Assembly (NCBI GenBank): GCA_030141605.1
Contig: JAQGDQ010000117.1
Span: 248,001-312,000 of the forward strand
Reading direction: 5' to 3'
From: Tubiluchus corallicola
Taxonomy: Eukaryota; Animalia; Priapulida
Length of the DNA stretch: 64,000 bases
The notes beneath the pieces are model-generated. The model saw nothing but the letters and a program-made list of their open reading frames with translations, searched no databases and was not told where the DNA came from. The stretch's first letter is position 1; the number at the start of each line of letters is the position of its first letter. Below, in pieces: positions 37,831 to 51,200 of the stretch. The translations under genes were made by a program, and so were the position numbers.

Positions 37831-38988
37831 TAATAATAATAATAATAATAATAATCTTTTATTTATCTTTTAACACACACAGTTACAATACAATTAATTT
37901 AGTAACAAAAATGTGAAGAAAGGGTAGCGAAAGACCAATTGGTCATCTAGTCAGCTGCCTTTTCGTTAGTGATGAACATTTTGTAGCGCTATGCTACAGT
38001 GTATTAGTGTTAGTACTGCTTATAATAAAAACTAAATTGTTACGAATGACATAAAATTGATAATGATATGCTTATAACATGTTAGTGCAATTCATACACA
38101 GTAATAATAAGTGCATAATAATAATAATAATAAAAAAATCAAACTGAAGATAACTGAAATAAGGACTGAAACAAGAACTGAAATAAAAATCTGACCAGAA
38201 ACATAATAACAATGGCAACTGAAATTTACTTTATAACGCAAGCATAATGTAAAAAAAATGCAGAGCGATTTTTGATGATCTGATGTAAAATAAATTGGCA
38301 GATAGAGCACAAAAAATTCCCTGCATGACTGCATGAGGAGATTGACAATTGGAGTCCAGACTTTGAAAATGATCTACAGAAGTTAGACAATAAACAATTA
38401 AATATGGAAGTTAATTGATCCTGCTATAACAGTAACTGCTCTTGCACGCAGTTAGACAATTTATTAGAGGGCAAAAGGAATAACAGTTGTTCAGCAATAA
38501 GTTTGCAAGAGTTGACATTTATATAATTTACTTAATTGCTTAAGATCATCTGAAAGAGTATTCCATAGAACTGTACCATTATGTTTTAAAGTTTGTAAAC
38601 CTTTTGTTGTGTTAAATCTTTCCTGAAAATAGTTTTGTTTGGTAGCTTCTCTCGTAGAATACTGGTGAACGTCACTAATCTTTTTGAAATAATTGCCGTA
38701 TAATTTAGGTAGAATGCCCTTTTTATAGTTGAACATGAATTTCGCTAACTCAAGCTTATAAATTTCATTAATTTTTAATAATTGCAAAGCATAATAGGAG
38801 GGGGTAGCATGATCTCGGAACCCAGCAAAAGTCATTGTTTTGATAATTTTGTTATGTGCTGCTGTAAGTGGTTTCAAAACAGATTTTTTTGCTGTGCCCC
38901 ACGATAAGATACAATAGTTAATGTGTGGGTACACAATGGCAAAGTAAATCATTTTTAGTATATCCGTGCTCAAGTAATGTATAATGTT
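37831..38988 (-). mobile_element. 5'-truncated L2/CR1-group LINE
   Basis: The post-RT C-terminal ORF 38491-38988 reads IYFAIVYPHINYCILSWG...HQYSTR...GTVLWNTL. It is followed by an AT-rich 3' UTR and an (ATT)n tail. Probable TSD CAAGTAA at 37824-37830 and 38989-38995. Confidence 0.85.
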
Positions 38989-39297
38989 CAAGTAAAACCG
39001 AATTGAATTGAATTGTTATTTTACAGAAAGTTATTTTTACTTTGTTTCTTTGTTTAGGCCTATAAATTTATTAGCAATAGTAAAAAACACCAATGGACAA
39101 AACTTAACTTGTTTAACTATTAGTATTACTAGTATTAGGCCCTACACATATTAAACATCCTTCTTTTAATTTATCTAAATTTTTATTAAAAACGTTTGCT
39201 TACGTCAATATTTTATGTCATAAAAATCATTTGTTCTGTTTATAATATAGCTCATGATTTTTGAAATTGTAGATAGCCAGAGCTAAATCTCGGCACA

Positions 39298-42200
39298 ATG
39301 GCTCTTTATCGTGATATTGTCAACAGTAATGCAACTTGCGCACCTGGCATTCAAACACAATGTGTAAGTATCACGTGAATTATTTTAACGTTTTATATGT
39401 GTTTATTTTTATAACACAGGTACCTAAAAAATTGCCCAGTAATGGAAGGCGAAAATGGAATGTACACAACTTTTTATTGATGGCCAATTATATTAATATG
39501 TCCAGGTCATAATGATATGCCAATTACTTGGTGTATTTTCTTTGGGTTCCCCGGTAGACTATAAACAAAATGAACTCTCGGTATTGCCCAAGAGGCATCC
39601 AAGACATTTAGCTAAAAATGGAGCTATTTCGCTGCTCTTATAAATTCCCGCAGAAAACAGCCTGCCTGCTTAAGCTAGGAGTAGAAACAAAAAATTTTCA
39701 GCACTGGTGACAGCCTAGTGCAGGCATTCTTATTTAAAATTTTGCTTTTCCGATGTTAAATAATTGGATCAAATTTCATTGTCTCTAATACAAGTACATT
39801 TTAAGCATTAGTTTTTCTCTAACTACTACTATTGAAAATAATTTTAATACACATTAAACATTATACATTATACATTTAACTAAAATAATACACACATTTA
39901 GGACAAATAATGACTTGAAGTGCTAACTTAAAAGGGTTCGCAGTCAAGAAAAGGCAAAAAATCCAACCATGCATTGCATAAATTTTCATTAATGAGTATA
40001 TTGATTGTTAGCTATTAATCATCACTTCTAACTTCTGATAACATCAGTATAGAATAAATAGTGAATCTACATTCGTGATTCTATGACATAGCTCCTTTCT
40101 GCAGAATCATAGAATGGGGAACAACACTTTTTCACATTGTTGCCTTTAACTGAAATGTCCCGGGGCTCATGATCAGACACATATGTAAGTTGCAAGAACA
40201 TATGTAAAACTGTAAAACCACACTGTTATCTTTGTTTTTCAATATGTTTAAACTAAACTAAATGCGAGCCTAATAATAATTATTTACCCATACAGATGCC
40301 TAGTTTTTTTATTTAGCACAACAAAATTCAAACAAAAATATCTGAACACTTAAATGTCATAAATAAATCTAAAAATATTACTGGAAGTGGTAAGCACCTG
40401 TGTTTTTTTACTGACTTGGTCTGCTTTCCACCTTTTTCAAACTGAAAATACACACCGCATGAAAAGCAACAATAAGCAAGTAATGAATAATGGCAGTCAG
40501 GCAGGAATGTGTCTTGGCAATGGGATTGCAGAATGAGTTGAAACAGAACATATATATATATATATATTATCCATTATAATGTATAAACATCATATACATT
40601 AACCCCTTCCTGTTAATGCAGTGGCATTCGTATATTTACATATATTGGCAGGAGTTTGTATTTACTAAATTTGTGGATAACAGTGTTGTGAAACTGATAA
40701 TGTAGTATATGTACGTATTCTATGTTACAGAATGTTATAAGTGGCCTTCGGGTATTTGTGGCAACGTTGTCTTTGCTGGGCTGGTAAGAAGTCATTTTAT
40801 TGTTATTGCAGTTGTATTAGGGATAATAAACATTGTATTAGGATTAGGTCAGGTTAAGATAAGTTTATTGAAGTTGATTTGGGTTAGGTTTTAAAAGTGT
40901 ATCATGAGTAAAGAAGTACCAGTGCTGTATACTCTCAGCTTTGGATTGCATAGGATTGCACTAGTTGAGATTTTATTATATTGAATTTTAACAATTTGCT
41001 AGATCGTGTATCATGAGTTTACATTAGTTAAGAATGCCTAGCCCAGGCTTAGCTAGGTTAGTTTTGTTTAGATTTAGACATCATTTGAATTGGACTAAGT
41101 GGAATGGGATTAAATTTGTCATAGTTCAAATAAAGAGGATTTTATAGTTTGTTGTAATATTCATTTGTTTTCTGTAGTTTTATAAGTAAATTAGTTTTTA
41201 AATTTATGCTATATTCATATACAAATAGTAAGTGGCACAAATAATAACATTCTTCTGAGGAAGAAAATGGAAACTTAGCCGAATAGAAATTTATAATTTT
41301 TTGATCTAATTTCATAGTACCCAATTGTCATTGCTATGCTAATTTGAAAGCTTCCTCTCTAATCTGTACCAATATGACATTGTTTAGTGTTTACATCAAT
41401 TAAATTAACAGATCACAAGAACTATATTTCACGATTGGTGAATAATGTTTTTGCATTTTCCTAAAAGTGGTGTAGATCCATCTGGTGACGTAGAACCTGT
41501 TTAATGTTCAATTAAAATACTGTAAAATCTTTTTTAATATAGTTATGTTTTTTTTATTGTCTTAGCGTATTTATGCTATCACTGATATGGTTATTCAGCA
41601 AGTATCATACACTGTCTCAGGTATGTTATCATACAATTTTTAAACTGAATTACTGGGTTGAAAGTTTTAAAGGCATTCTTGTAGTTCAAAATTCTTGTTT
41701 CCTAAAAATAGTATGGTACCAACCAATCAACTACTAACATTTACAGTAATAGCTTTTTGCTCAACGCACCTTTGACAGTTTGCAATGGTAGATAGTGAGA
41801 CCAAATTTCTTAAACATTAGCAAGTGTATTTGGTCGGTTCTCAACTTCTCATGCTATGGTGTGACATTAATTACTATATTTCGTAGAATTACTGACTATT
41901 CTGTACATAGGTTCCTTACTCAAATGAAGAAACTCGTTGTTACATTATATATTATAGTAACTCATCATGCCTCATTGTCATACAAAATTTCTAGTTCCCT
42001 TACTGCAATCTTTTGTGAGATTTATTAATTTTTATTTCTTTTACTATGGCACATAGTTTGTTATTTTATTACTTTCGTCATAGCATACACAGTAGACAAA
42101 TCTGCCTTTTTATTTCTCAACATGAGCCAAGTAGGCTGAAATTTTTAACTACCTACATTTTTGAGTGCATTGTGGTTTGTTTTCAGAGATTAATTCTGTA

Positions 42201-45200
42201 TCTGACTGTTGCAGCTGCTTTGAATAGCATTAGCTTCATTGCAAATGTAAGTTCAATTGGATTACACATTTCTGCAATTTCACCTGCATGGATTTTTGTA
42301 TTATCTGGTTTGTATCAACCTAGTTGATCTTAGTTTTCAGATGTATTCCTCATAACTTTTAGTGACTTTTGACTTTTATAACATGGATTTTTTTTAAAAT
42401 ATTTTTCTAAGTTATGAACAAGAGAAAATGCTTTGATGTTTATTATTTTATGTAATATTACATTTTTTATACATGTTTTCTGTAAGTTTTCTATTTCAGA
42501 TTCAACTTGCAGAGACATTCATTGAGATACAACAATACTTTTTGTTCTGTTCATTTTTAAGAGCATTTTTTAACTCTTAATGTAAATTATAACCATCCTG
42601 TTTTACAGAAAGGTAATGTTGCTTCTACGATTGCTTGCAATTTTAACGCCTGGTTTTATACCTTTGCAAGTAAGTATAAATGTGATTCCTCACAGTTAAG
42701 TAACTTGCAAATCAGATCGTGCCAATTACTCAAAAAATGTTTTAGCACTGGACTGCACAGCATTGAGTTATTCCTGTCCGAAATAGTTTTGAAAAAGTTA
42801 TCTCAATTTTATAGTAAAACACAGCGCTAACACAGCTTGGATTAACTATTAAACAAAATAAGTATGTGCTTATTGTATGAGTGGGAGTGGGACCCATACA
42901 GTATTTTGCAAATCGAATAATACCCAAAAGTAAAATGTATCGGAATGTGTGGGACGGTTTCAGTGTTTGTTGTTACAGATAGGCATCGAGATTCTCCCTG
43001 CTGAGCAGCTGAACTGCTCACTGCCCACATGATGACATCGATTGATCATTTAGTGTGTCATAATATATTTTCAAGTGTGGTAATGCTTATATAAAGTCTG
43101 GTGATATTGAAAATAGGATAGTTTTGCTTTTGACTGTATGTATTTTATCACACAGTGGTAATGATGACTATATGACTACTGAAAATAAATCCTAGTGCAA
43201 GATTTTTTTTCATTTTGAAAGATTTCATTTTACAGTTCAGTATTTCAGTATTGTTTTTATTTTGAATTACACATATATGAGGATACCATAATCTTTTCAG
43301 TGGTTAAGGCCTCTTGAGCACATTTCCAGCCCTACTAATAATGAACTAAAAGACTAACATTTTATTGTTGATGAATATTATTGATGTTTATTCGTATGTT
43401 GTAGTACTGCTGTTCAGCAATGTACTGTCAATTATATGTTTAACATCAATGTACTGTAAATTTCAGATTGGTCTATATTATTATGGGTCTGCTGTATAAC
43501 GTTTAACCTTTATAACTGCGCTGTGAGGATGGTGCAACCTTCTGGACGATTTGAGTGGTAAATATGATGGTTTTTGTATAAATTTCATTCGTTATCCATT
43601 CAAGATAGCTTTTGAACATTATTTAAAATTATGTTGACTTTGGGTGACAGTTTTCATCTAGTTATTTTTATGCTGTAATTAGTTCAAATATGTTTCAGGG
43701 CATATCACTTTATAGCTTGGGTAGTACCAGTCATTCTTGCTTTTATTCCACTATTTGGCCACCATTATGGGCCCAGCGAATTTTGGTGGTGAGTTTCTTA
43801 TTATTGATATTCTAATCAGTTTCTATACATATCATTCGAAGTAAGAATATGGGCCACTCAGGGTAACTAGCTTCTCTAGTTATGTAAAAATGTAAAGGCA
43901 CATCCACAGAAACAAAATCCTCATAATTAATTTGCTTGTGGTATGTGATATCTGTTCTTGTTTTTGTTGAAATAATTGAGACTGTAGGTTTGAAAGAAAA
44001 AATTTTCTAGTTGAACTTTTACAGCCAATAAACTTTTGCTACTGTTTTTAAATCCAGTTTTTACCCCGTGCTTTTCTATAGAATTTTATGGTATATCTTA
44101 GAGTGTTGAAGTAGAAAATTCTATAGTTAATAAGCCAGAGGTAAAAACTGGATTTATAAGAACTATTTATAAACAAGATGTAAAAGTTTACTGACTTTGC
44201 TTACCGCAGAAGATCCTCAGTGAAAACAGGACATGAGTAGTTCAACTTGAAAAGTTCAACACTCTGAAATGTTCAACTTGTAAATTACAACAACAAAAAA
44301 TCAAAATTTTCTTAAAACCGGAACAACAACTACTTTTAAAATACTTGGAAAAGGGTTCACAAAATAAAGTCTTGCCATGTCACGTATTTAAGCTCTGCAC
44401 CATTCATAATATAAACATATGCACCTGGTAAGACTATAAAGTTACTAATTAAAGTTTTAAGCTGTGTATGAAAATTAACTAATCTTGCACTTTAAGTTTC
44501 AACGTAATGTTTATTATCCGTCATACTAACATTACATTTTAAAATAACTAATACTTTGAACTTTAGCATTTTTACATGTTTAGATGGCGCATAGAAATAT
44601 GGGGTATTGTACCAAGAGAGCATTTTTGGTCGTCATTTCTTTATTGTGAATTTTTTACACCAGTTAATTAAATTCTATGTTGTTTTTGTTTAGTTGGATA
44701 CAAAGACAATACTCAGGCTGGAGATTTGGCTTGTAAGTACAATCATGGGTATTATTAGACATTAGCATCAATAATATAAGCTATTTAAGCATATGTATTT
44801 ATACTTTATAGGTATGTCTAAAGACTATAGACATAATTATAATAATGTAGGCTAACTTAATGATATCAGTTAAAACTATACAAAATTCAGTGTATGCAAA
44901 ATGTGCAATTTAACTCAGTTCAGATAATTTTTTACTTTTAAATAATGGAGAGCAAGTTGATAATTGGCGGAAAAATTATATGAAAACTAGAAACACGTTC
45001 CATACTGTATGAAACACATTATCAAAGCCATGATGAAGCTGTGCTTTTTGCTCAACGTGTGAACAAGAATGCAATCTATTATGTCTGTCCTATTATTATG
45101 TTCTCTTTGTTGAATGTATGAATGAGATACAGTACCATATCATAATTGTTTCAGTCCTTTGTAATGATGTAGCATAATTATATTATGCTTATGTTATGTA

Positions 45201-48200
45201 CATTAGTCTCTAGAAATGGCCTCATTTGTTCATGTAAAATTTATTAAAGGAAAACCAATCCTTGAACAACATTCGTTATATTTTAATGTACACTTAAAAA
45301 TATTGTAATTACCACATAATATACGGGAATAAAATTTAAATCATTCTTCTACCACCAAACAAACCTTGCTGTGGTCATATTTGAAAAAATTACATAAACG
45401 AGTGGACAGCACGAAAGCACGCGCAACAAAACTTCTGCAATTCACTCCGAAATTTGGCTATTGTGACTGACTAAATCTTTGTGTGTAATTGTGTTTAAGT
45501 AAAAATTAGCTGGTGGATCCATTAGCAACAACTTCAAAGCATTTATATAGCTTTAATCCACAGGATTATACCTCAAAATGTATAAGTGCTGCACATAATA
45601 ATTACATATAAGTATGGAATTCTGCATACTGCGATCATAGAGAAGGTGCCAGGCGGTCTACTTAGCTTATAGAGTTCCGTTTTGGTTTGTTAAAATAATT
45701 CTCCTGTTACTTTGTTGGGGTTAACTGGTCAAGTTGAAGATTATTATATTATCGTTGCTAACTGGTTTTCATTACACAGTGAGCTACGGCACATCAAAGT
45801 GCAAGCAATAGTATTAATAATCTCTCATTTAAGATTTTGTAGCTGATAATTATAACTGCTTGTTAAGTGTTTATATTGCACTCTAACCGGTCGACACCAT
45901 TTTTCGTTCAAAATGAGTGTGCCCCGGGCATGAAGTGATCGAAACTTTTAATCGATTTTACTAGTTATACTTGGTGCTTATCACAGTTTTATCACTGATA
46001 TGTTCTAACATTTTTCTCAAATATTGAAATAAGCTCAATTTCAAGAGAACCTTTTCCTTTTTGCAAAACACCATTTCTAAAATTATACATTTATTTAATA
46101 TTTTTCCATTTTGTGAAAAGAGCTATATTAATTGTCTCTGATGTTATTAAATGAGAAAAACACTTGTGTAAAACTCTTGTACTAACTACAGTAGGCGCTG
46201 TTTATTAGGCTCATGGTTAATAGACTCGGTTGCTTAATTGACTCAAAATCGTCTTGTGTTCTATTCAAATGTACTTAGAAACTGTTGGTAATTGACTTAA
46301 ATAACTCCGCGTAATTGACTTATTATTTTTCCTTCACGTACTTAAAATAATACACTTGTGTGTGCCCAAAGAGCCTTTGCTGCTTTTATGTCATTTTGCG
46401 CCAATTTTGTGCACTATGGTACACGTAGAAACAGCCATGTTAGGTACAGCTTTGTTTGTAAGCAAGTACAGTACGTTTATTATACGCCCTAATATTGATA
46501 GCCTAGTGGTTTTGCTTTTTGAATTTGTCACCCCCTTGTTCGCTGCAGTTAACCTTGTTGTTTCTGGAAGCTAAACATTTAATCACTTGCTCAGTGGCTT
46601 GCTTTTGGAGTTCCCTCTGCTTTTCACTAGGGAAACTAGGTCATCACCAACTGCAGCTCAAGCACTAGGTGACTAGGTGTTTTGTGTGAATATGTGCAGC
46701 ATATAGCAACAGACTTTCAATATTTTTATCATTTTGAGAATTTCATAACCAAATTCTTCATGAATAAATGAAGCAACCGATCTTGCATGATTTTTGTATT
46801 TCCATTTTTTTACTAATTCACTTTTATAAATTAGTACTGCTAAACAATTGCTCATAAGAATTTTGACATTAGTTCGTTTCTAAAATTCATTTGAAGCCTT
46901 TGCAATGCACTCATGGCTCACACTTCTATAGTAGTAATAGGTTACACCCGTCGGCTAATTGAATCAATTGGTTACTTGGGTCAAAACACTTCCGTCCCAA
47001 AGTGAGTCTATTAAGCGGCATCTGCTGTACATGGTTCCTGTAGCAAATATACATGAAATAACATTTTGCTAATAGTCTTTATAGGTATGCCAATCTAGTT
47101 GTGATTGCATTTTTTTGTTTTTTTTTAATTAACTGTTTCTTTAATTAGCTATTGTTATTTTTAATTCACAGGTGGTACATTCCATTGTTTGTTATTATAT
47201 TTCTGCTGTTTGTTGCGTATATCTACATTTTCTGGAAAGTTCGAATGAAGGTATGCTTTTATATAAGTACAAAGGTTTTTTTTTGAACTGGAATTGGTTG
47301 TATCTAGGGTCATATTTCATTTTCTAGATTTCCGAAATGTGCACATCTGAAAAACAAAAGCAACTAGGGAATGCACTCTGTAGAGCGAAGGCCTGCTAAC
47401 TATACTTTACTAAAGTACACAGGCACTTGGTCCCCAATGATAATTGTTCTAATGTCTTACGTGAAGTATTATACATCGCACATTTACATACATATGCAGC
47501 AAAAGTTGAGGAGAGAGCGTAATTGATTTCTTCGCAATAAGTGTGCATTATTGTAGCTTTCAAGTAAGAATTTTCCAACGTAGAACCTGAAGTAACTCAT
47601 TGTTGTTCATTCTGCTGGATGCTTTCAGATTTAATTACTGTCCCATCATGTGGCTCAGTTCCTCCTCTTTTCATAAAGATGTAAAGCTCTCTCCAAGCCG
47701 CCTCCCCCCCACGAAGCACCACACAAGCTTTTTTCTACATGGTGTTTTTGAAGTTTTATGACAAAATGGGCAAAAACTTCTAAGTTTTGACGGTTTTTCA
47801 CCAGACCTCACCCCCTCTCTTGATCTTCCCAGATGTCTGAAACTGCACCAAAATTTAAAACTTTCTTATCACATGCCCCAGGCTTACACAAAGTTTCGTG
47901 AAAATCGATGAAGTGGTTTTTATGTAATTTTGTTAACTAACTAGCTAACTAATAAACTACCTTCAATGGAAGCTTCCAAGATGGAAGTAAATGTCTCGTT
48001 TATAAACCATTTGCCCCATCTATTTACATTTCTTCATTACCTTCTTCTTTGTTTATGCCTCTGTACTTTTGATTGTCTTAACAGTCTGTCTAAGCTGCTG
48101 TTGCAAAAATAAACTTGTTCTAAAAAAGTTATAAGTAATTACTTACAATTTGTTTACCATTTATAAAGATATGTTTTAATAAAGGAGATATCAATGTTGT

Positions 48201-51200
48201 ATAAGCAAAGCCAACAAATCACCTTTCTTTTCAACTTTAATTGCTATGTGATCCCTACACACGTATGATTCACCTAGTTGCTGCATTTGACATTTACATT
48301 GCTTCATTTCTACCAACGGTCTGTCCACTCTGTTACTGACACTTCTACGAGTTTTTGTTAGTCTACTATAATTCTTCTAAATATGTTCAGCGAAACTTGC
48401 AATTCGCGTGGTGGTGGATTTGCATTGATGTACGGATGTTTTTGGAAATGTGCATAGAGGAAATAAAAATATTGCCTGACATTGTGTTTTCCAGAGTAAA
48501 GATTGGCAAGGACCATACAATCAAGAACGTGAACGAGACATGGTATTTACAAGATTTTAATTTGTTATCTATTTGAATTATTACGGGTTTTATCTGAAGA
48601 ATGATAGCCAAGGAAAAAATTTTTTAAACATGCTGAGATATCTTGGCTGATATTCCAGTATTTAATTTAATAAAATCGGGCATTCTAAGAATAAGCAAAT
48701 ATATTTAAAAAACATCCACGCAACTTCCAGAACATTTCAACTCTAATGCATGGGTATCATCAGCTGTCTTTAAAACTGACTGTAAAATACAAAGTACATT
48801 ATTAAAATAATTTTAAGATAATTATCTTTACAAGTCAAAGATGATTTTTATACTTACCTACATAAAATTTTCCGTAACCAATTTTTAGGGAAAATGTATA
48901 AATCATCTCTAATGTGGTACTATTATAGTTTTTGAGTAAATCTGAGTTTACAAAAATTATTTTAATTATGTATTTTGCATTTTACTGTCAATTTTAAAGG
49001 CGGCTGGGTATGATCCATAATATAGAGTCTGTACGAAATGTTCTGAAAGTTGTGTGGGTGTTTTTAAATAAATATTCTTTTATTTTAATGACAGAGTGAT
49101 TCTACAAGAACATACTGTGAGCAAGAGTGGGGGAGAGAGCGAGAGAGAGAGAGAGCAAAATATGGGCGAGAAATTTTGTTAAAATAGCTAGGTTTGTCCA
49201 ATTGCTATACCAACCATCAATGCAATAACATTGTAATAAATAATCATATTTGATTTCTATGAGCTAAGCACTATTAATTTTGCCTCTAGCATGCATTTGT
49301 TTGCTTTTCCATGATATCCTATGGCAGGCATGACTTCATTTAATAACGCTTTGCTTGATGCCGCATTCTGCTGAAATGAATCAGCATCATTAAAATATAA
49401 CAGAAGATTTGCTGTACACTGTTAAATAGAAATGTTTGCCATTTTGAATTTTTAATTGCAGAGGTTATTACAAGAAGACATCAAACCAGTTATATGGTAT
49501 CCATTCATATTTTTGGCTTGCTCTGTGTTTCCTCTAATAAACAGGTAACCAGATAAACTTATCTAAAAGTATTTTGTCCTTTCAGCTTTCAAAAGCATCC
49601 CTGGCAATTTTTTTTGTAAATACTGATGCAAATTAATAGAGGTATTTATTGTATGTACACAACAAATGTCTTTTTATTATTTACAGAATACAAAATGCTC
49701 TGAGTAGTGATCTTAAATTTGGATTAGTTGTAATGCACACCATCTCGTCTCCTTTGGCAGGTAAGTCTTTGGTGCCTATAGTTTCTTACTTTGACTTTTG
49801 ACTTTTTTAGATACTGTTTAGGACCTGAGTGTATAGTAAACTCTTGCTTAGTGCAACCTCACTGTTAAAGCAATTTTAGTAGCAAAGGGACTTTCAATTT
49901 CTGTTTCAATGAATACTTTCAATGAAACTTACAAAACACTAAAACTTCATTTGTTTTGTATCTAAAAAAGTGACTGGCTATATAAGTCACTCACTGTTTA
50001 GTTTGATGTTTCTCGAAAAGCCACCATTTATGCAATTTTGTTATACTTACGTGTTGATGTCCTGACTTGCCACAGATGCTAACATTGAGTAAGACATGAT
50101 GTGTTGCTGATGATGATAAACTTGGAACCTGCAAAGTGTATCTCTGCATGTTTAAGTAGACCTAATAGCTGCTTTCACAAATAATCGTGTTTTGTTTGTC
50201 TTGTAAGCTGTTGCAAGTGCAATGCAGAACATATTTTAATGTGAAATAAGAAAGAAAGTCCATGCATTAAAAACTAAACTATAGACAAAATGCATTGTAA
50301 CAATTTGAAATTTAATGCAGTATTTTGCTGTACTTTAATAAACACCTACAGAATATTCTATCATTTTATACTAATGATGTTGTCTGTATGTGTCTGCTGG
50401 CTGGCAATAAATAGTTAATAAATCCTTTTATCCATATTTTATTGTTAATTTCCTAACTTCATTGCATTGAACATGAAGAAAGTTGGTTCAGTTTTCTTAA
50501 TTGGCTGTTTTTGTCATTGATATGTAATTTTCAATACATTTTTTCTAGGTGCCTTAAATGCAATCGTATTTGGGATGGATAAAGAAATTACGTCTCGGTT
50601 AACCCAAACTCAAATGAAGGTAACAATGTAGATTTTATGTATGAATTGTTTAACTGATAAGAATTAGCAATTACAGCTTGTTTCTCAATAAATGTTAGCC
50701 TGAAGTTGTGGATTGGTTATCAGTTTAACATTACAAACTTAAATCACATTGTCTTTGCTTTTGTCGAGAACAAGTCTAAAATCGGCACAGTGCTTTCGCC
50801 ACCATGTCGAGAACAAGACTGAAACTCTGGTATCATGTGAAAAACTTGAATGTAATTTTTGGTTCGTTTGTTTGTTTTCTGCTCAGATAAGAAGGGAGAG
50901 GCATTATATCAAACTAAATGTACCCGAAAGGTTGTTCTCGAAAAAGTTTATTATTAATATCTGTTGTCCAATTTGATGATTCGTGTTCTAGTGAATGAAA
51001 CAAATAAACAATAAATTAAAACATCATGATGTACTTATTTACAATTCAACTGAACATACAATTCATAATAACATTCATGTGAAAACAAAGTAAAGTAAAG
51101 GCATTAGTACACCAATAACAGTTTACCATTTCAATATACCATTATGGGAAAACTTATATTGCCTATAACAGGGACAAACTATACCCCTTTCCTACAATGC

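Noticed and set aside
40810-41110. Telomere-like TTAGG repeats
   Set aside because: Highly degenerate low-complexity pentamers with no true array.
47329-47400. Candidate GPCR ICL3 exon
   Set aside because: No donor before the stop. Exon 48495-48542 (SKDWQGPYNQERERDM) fits the phase and the family pattern instead.
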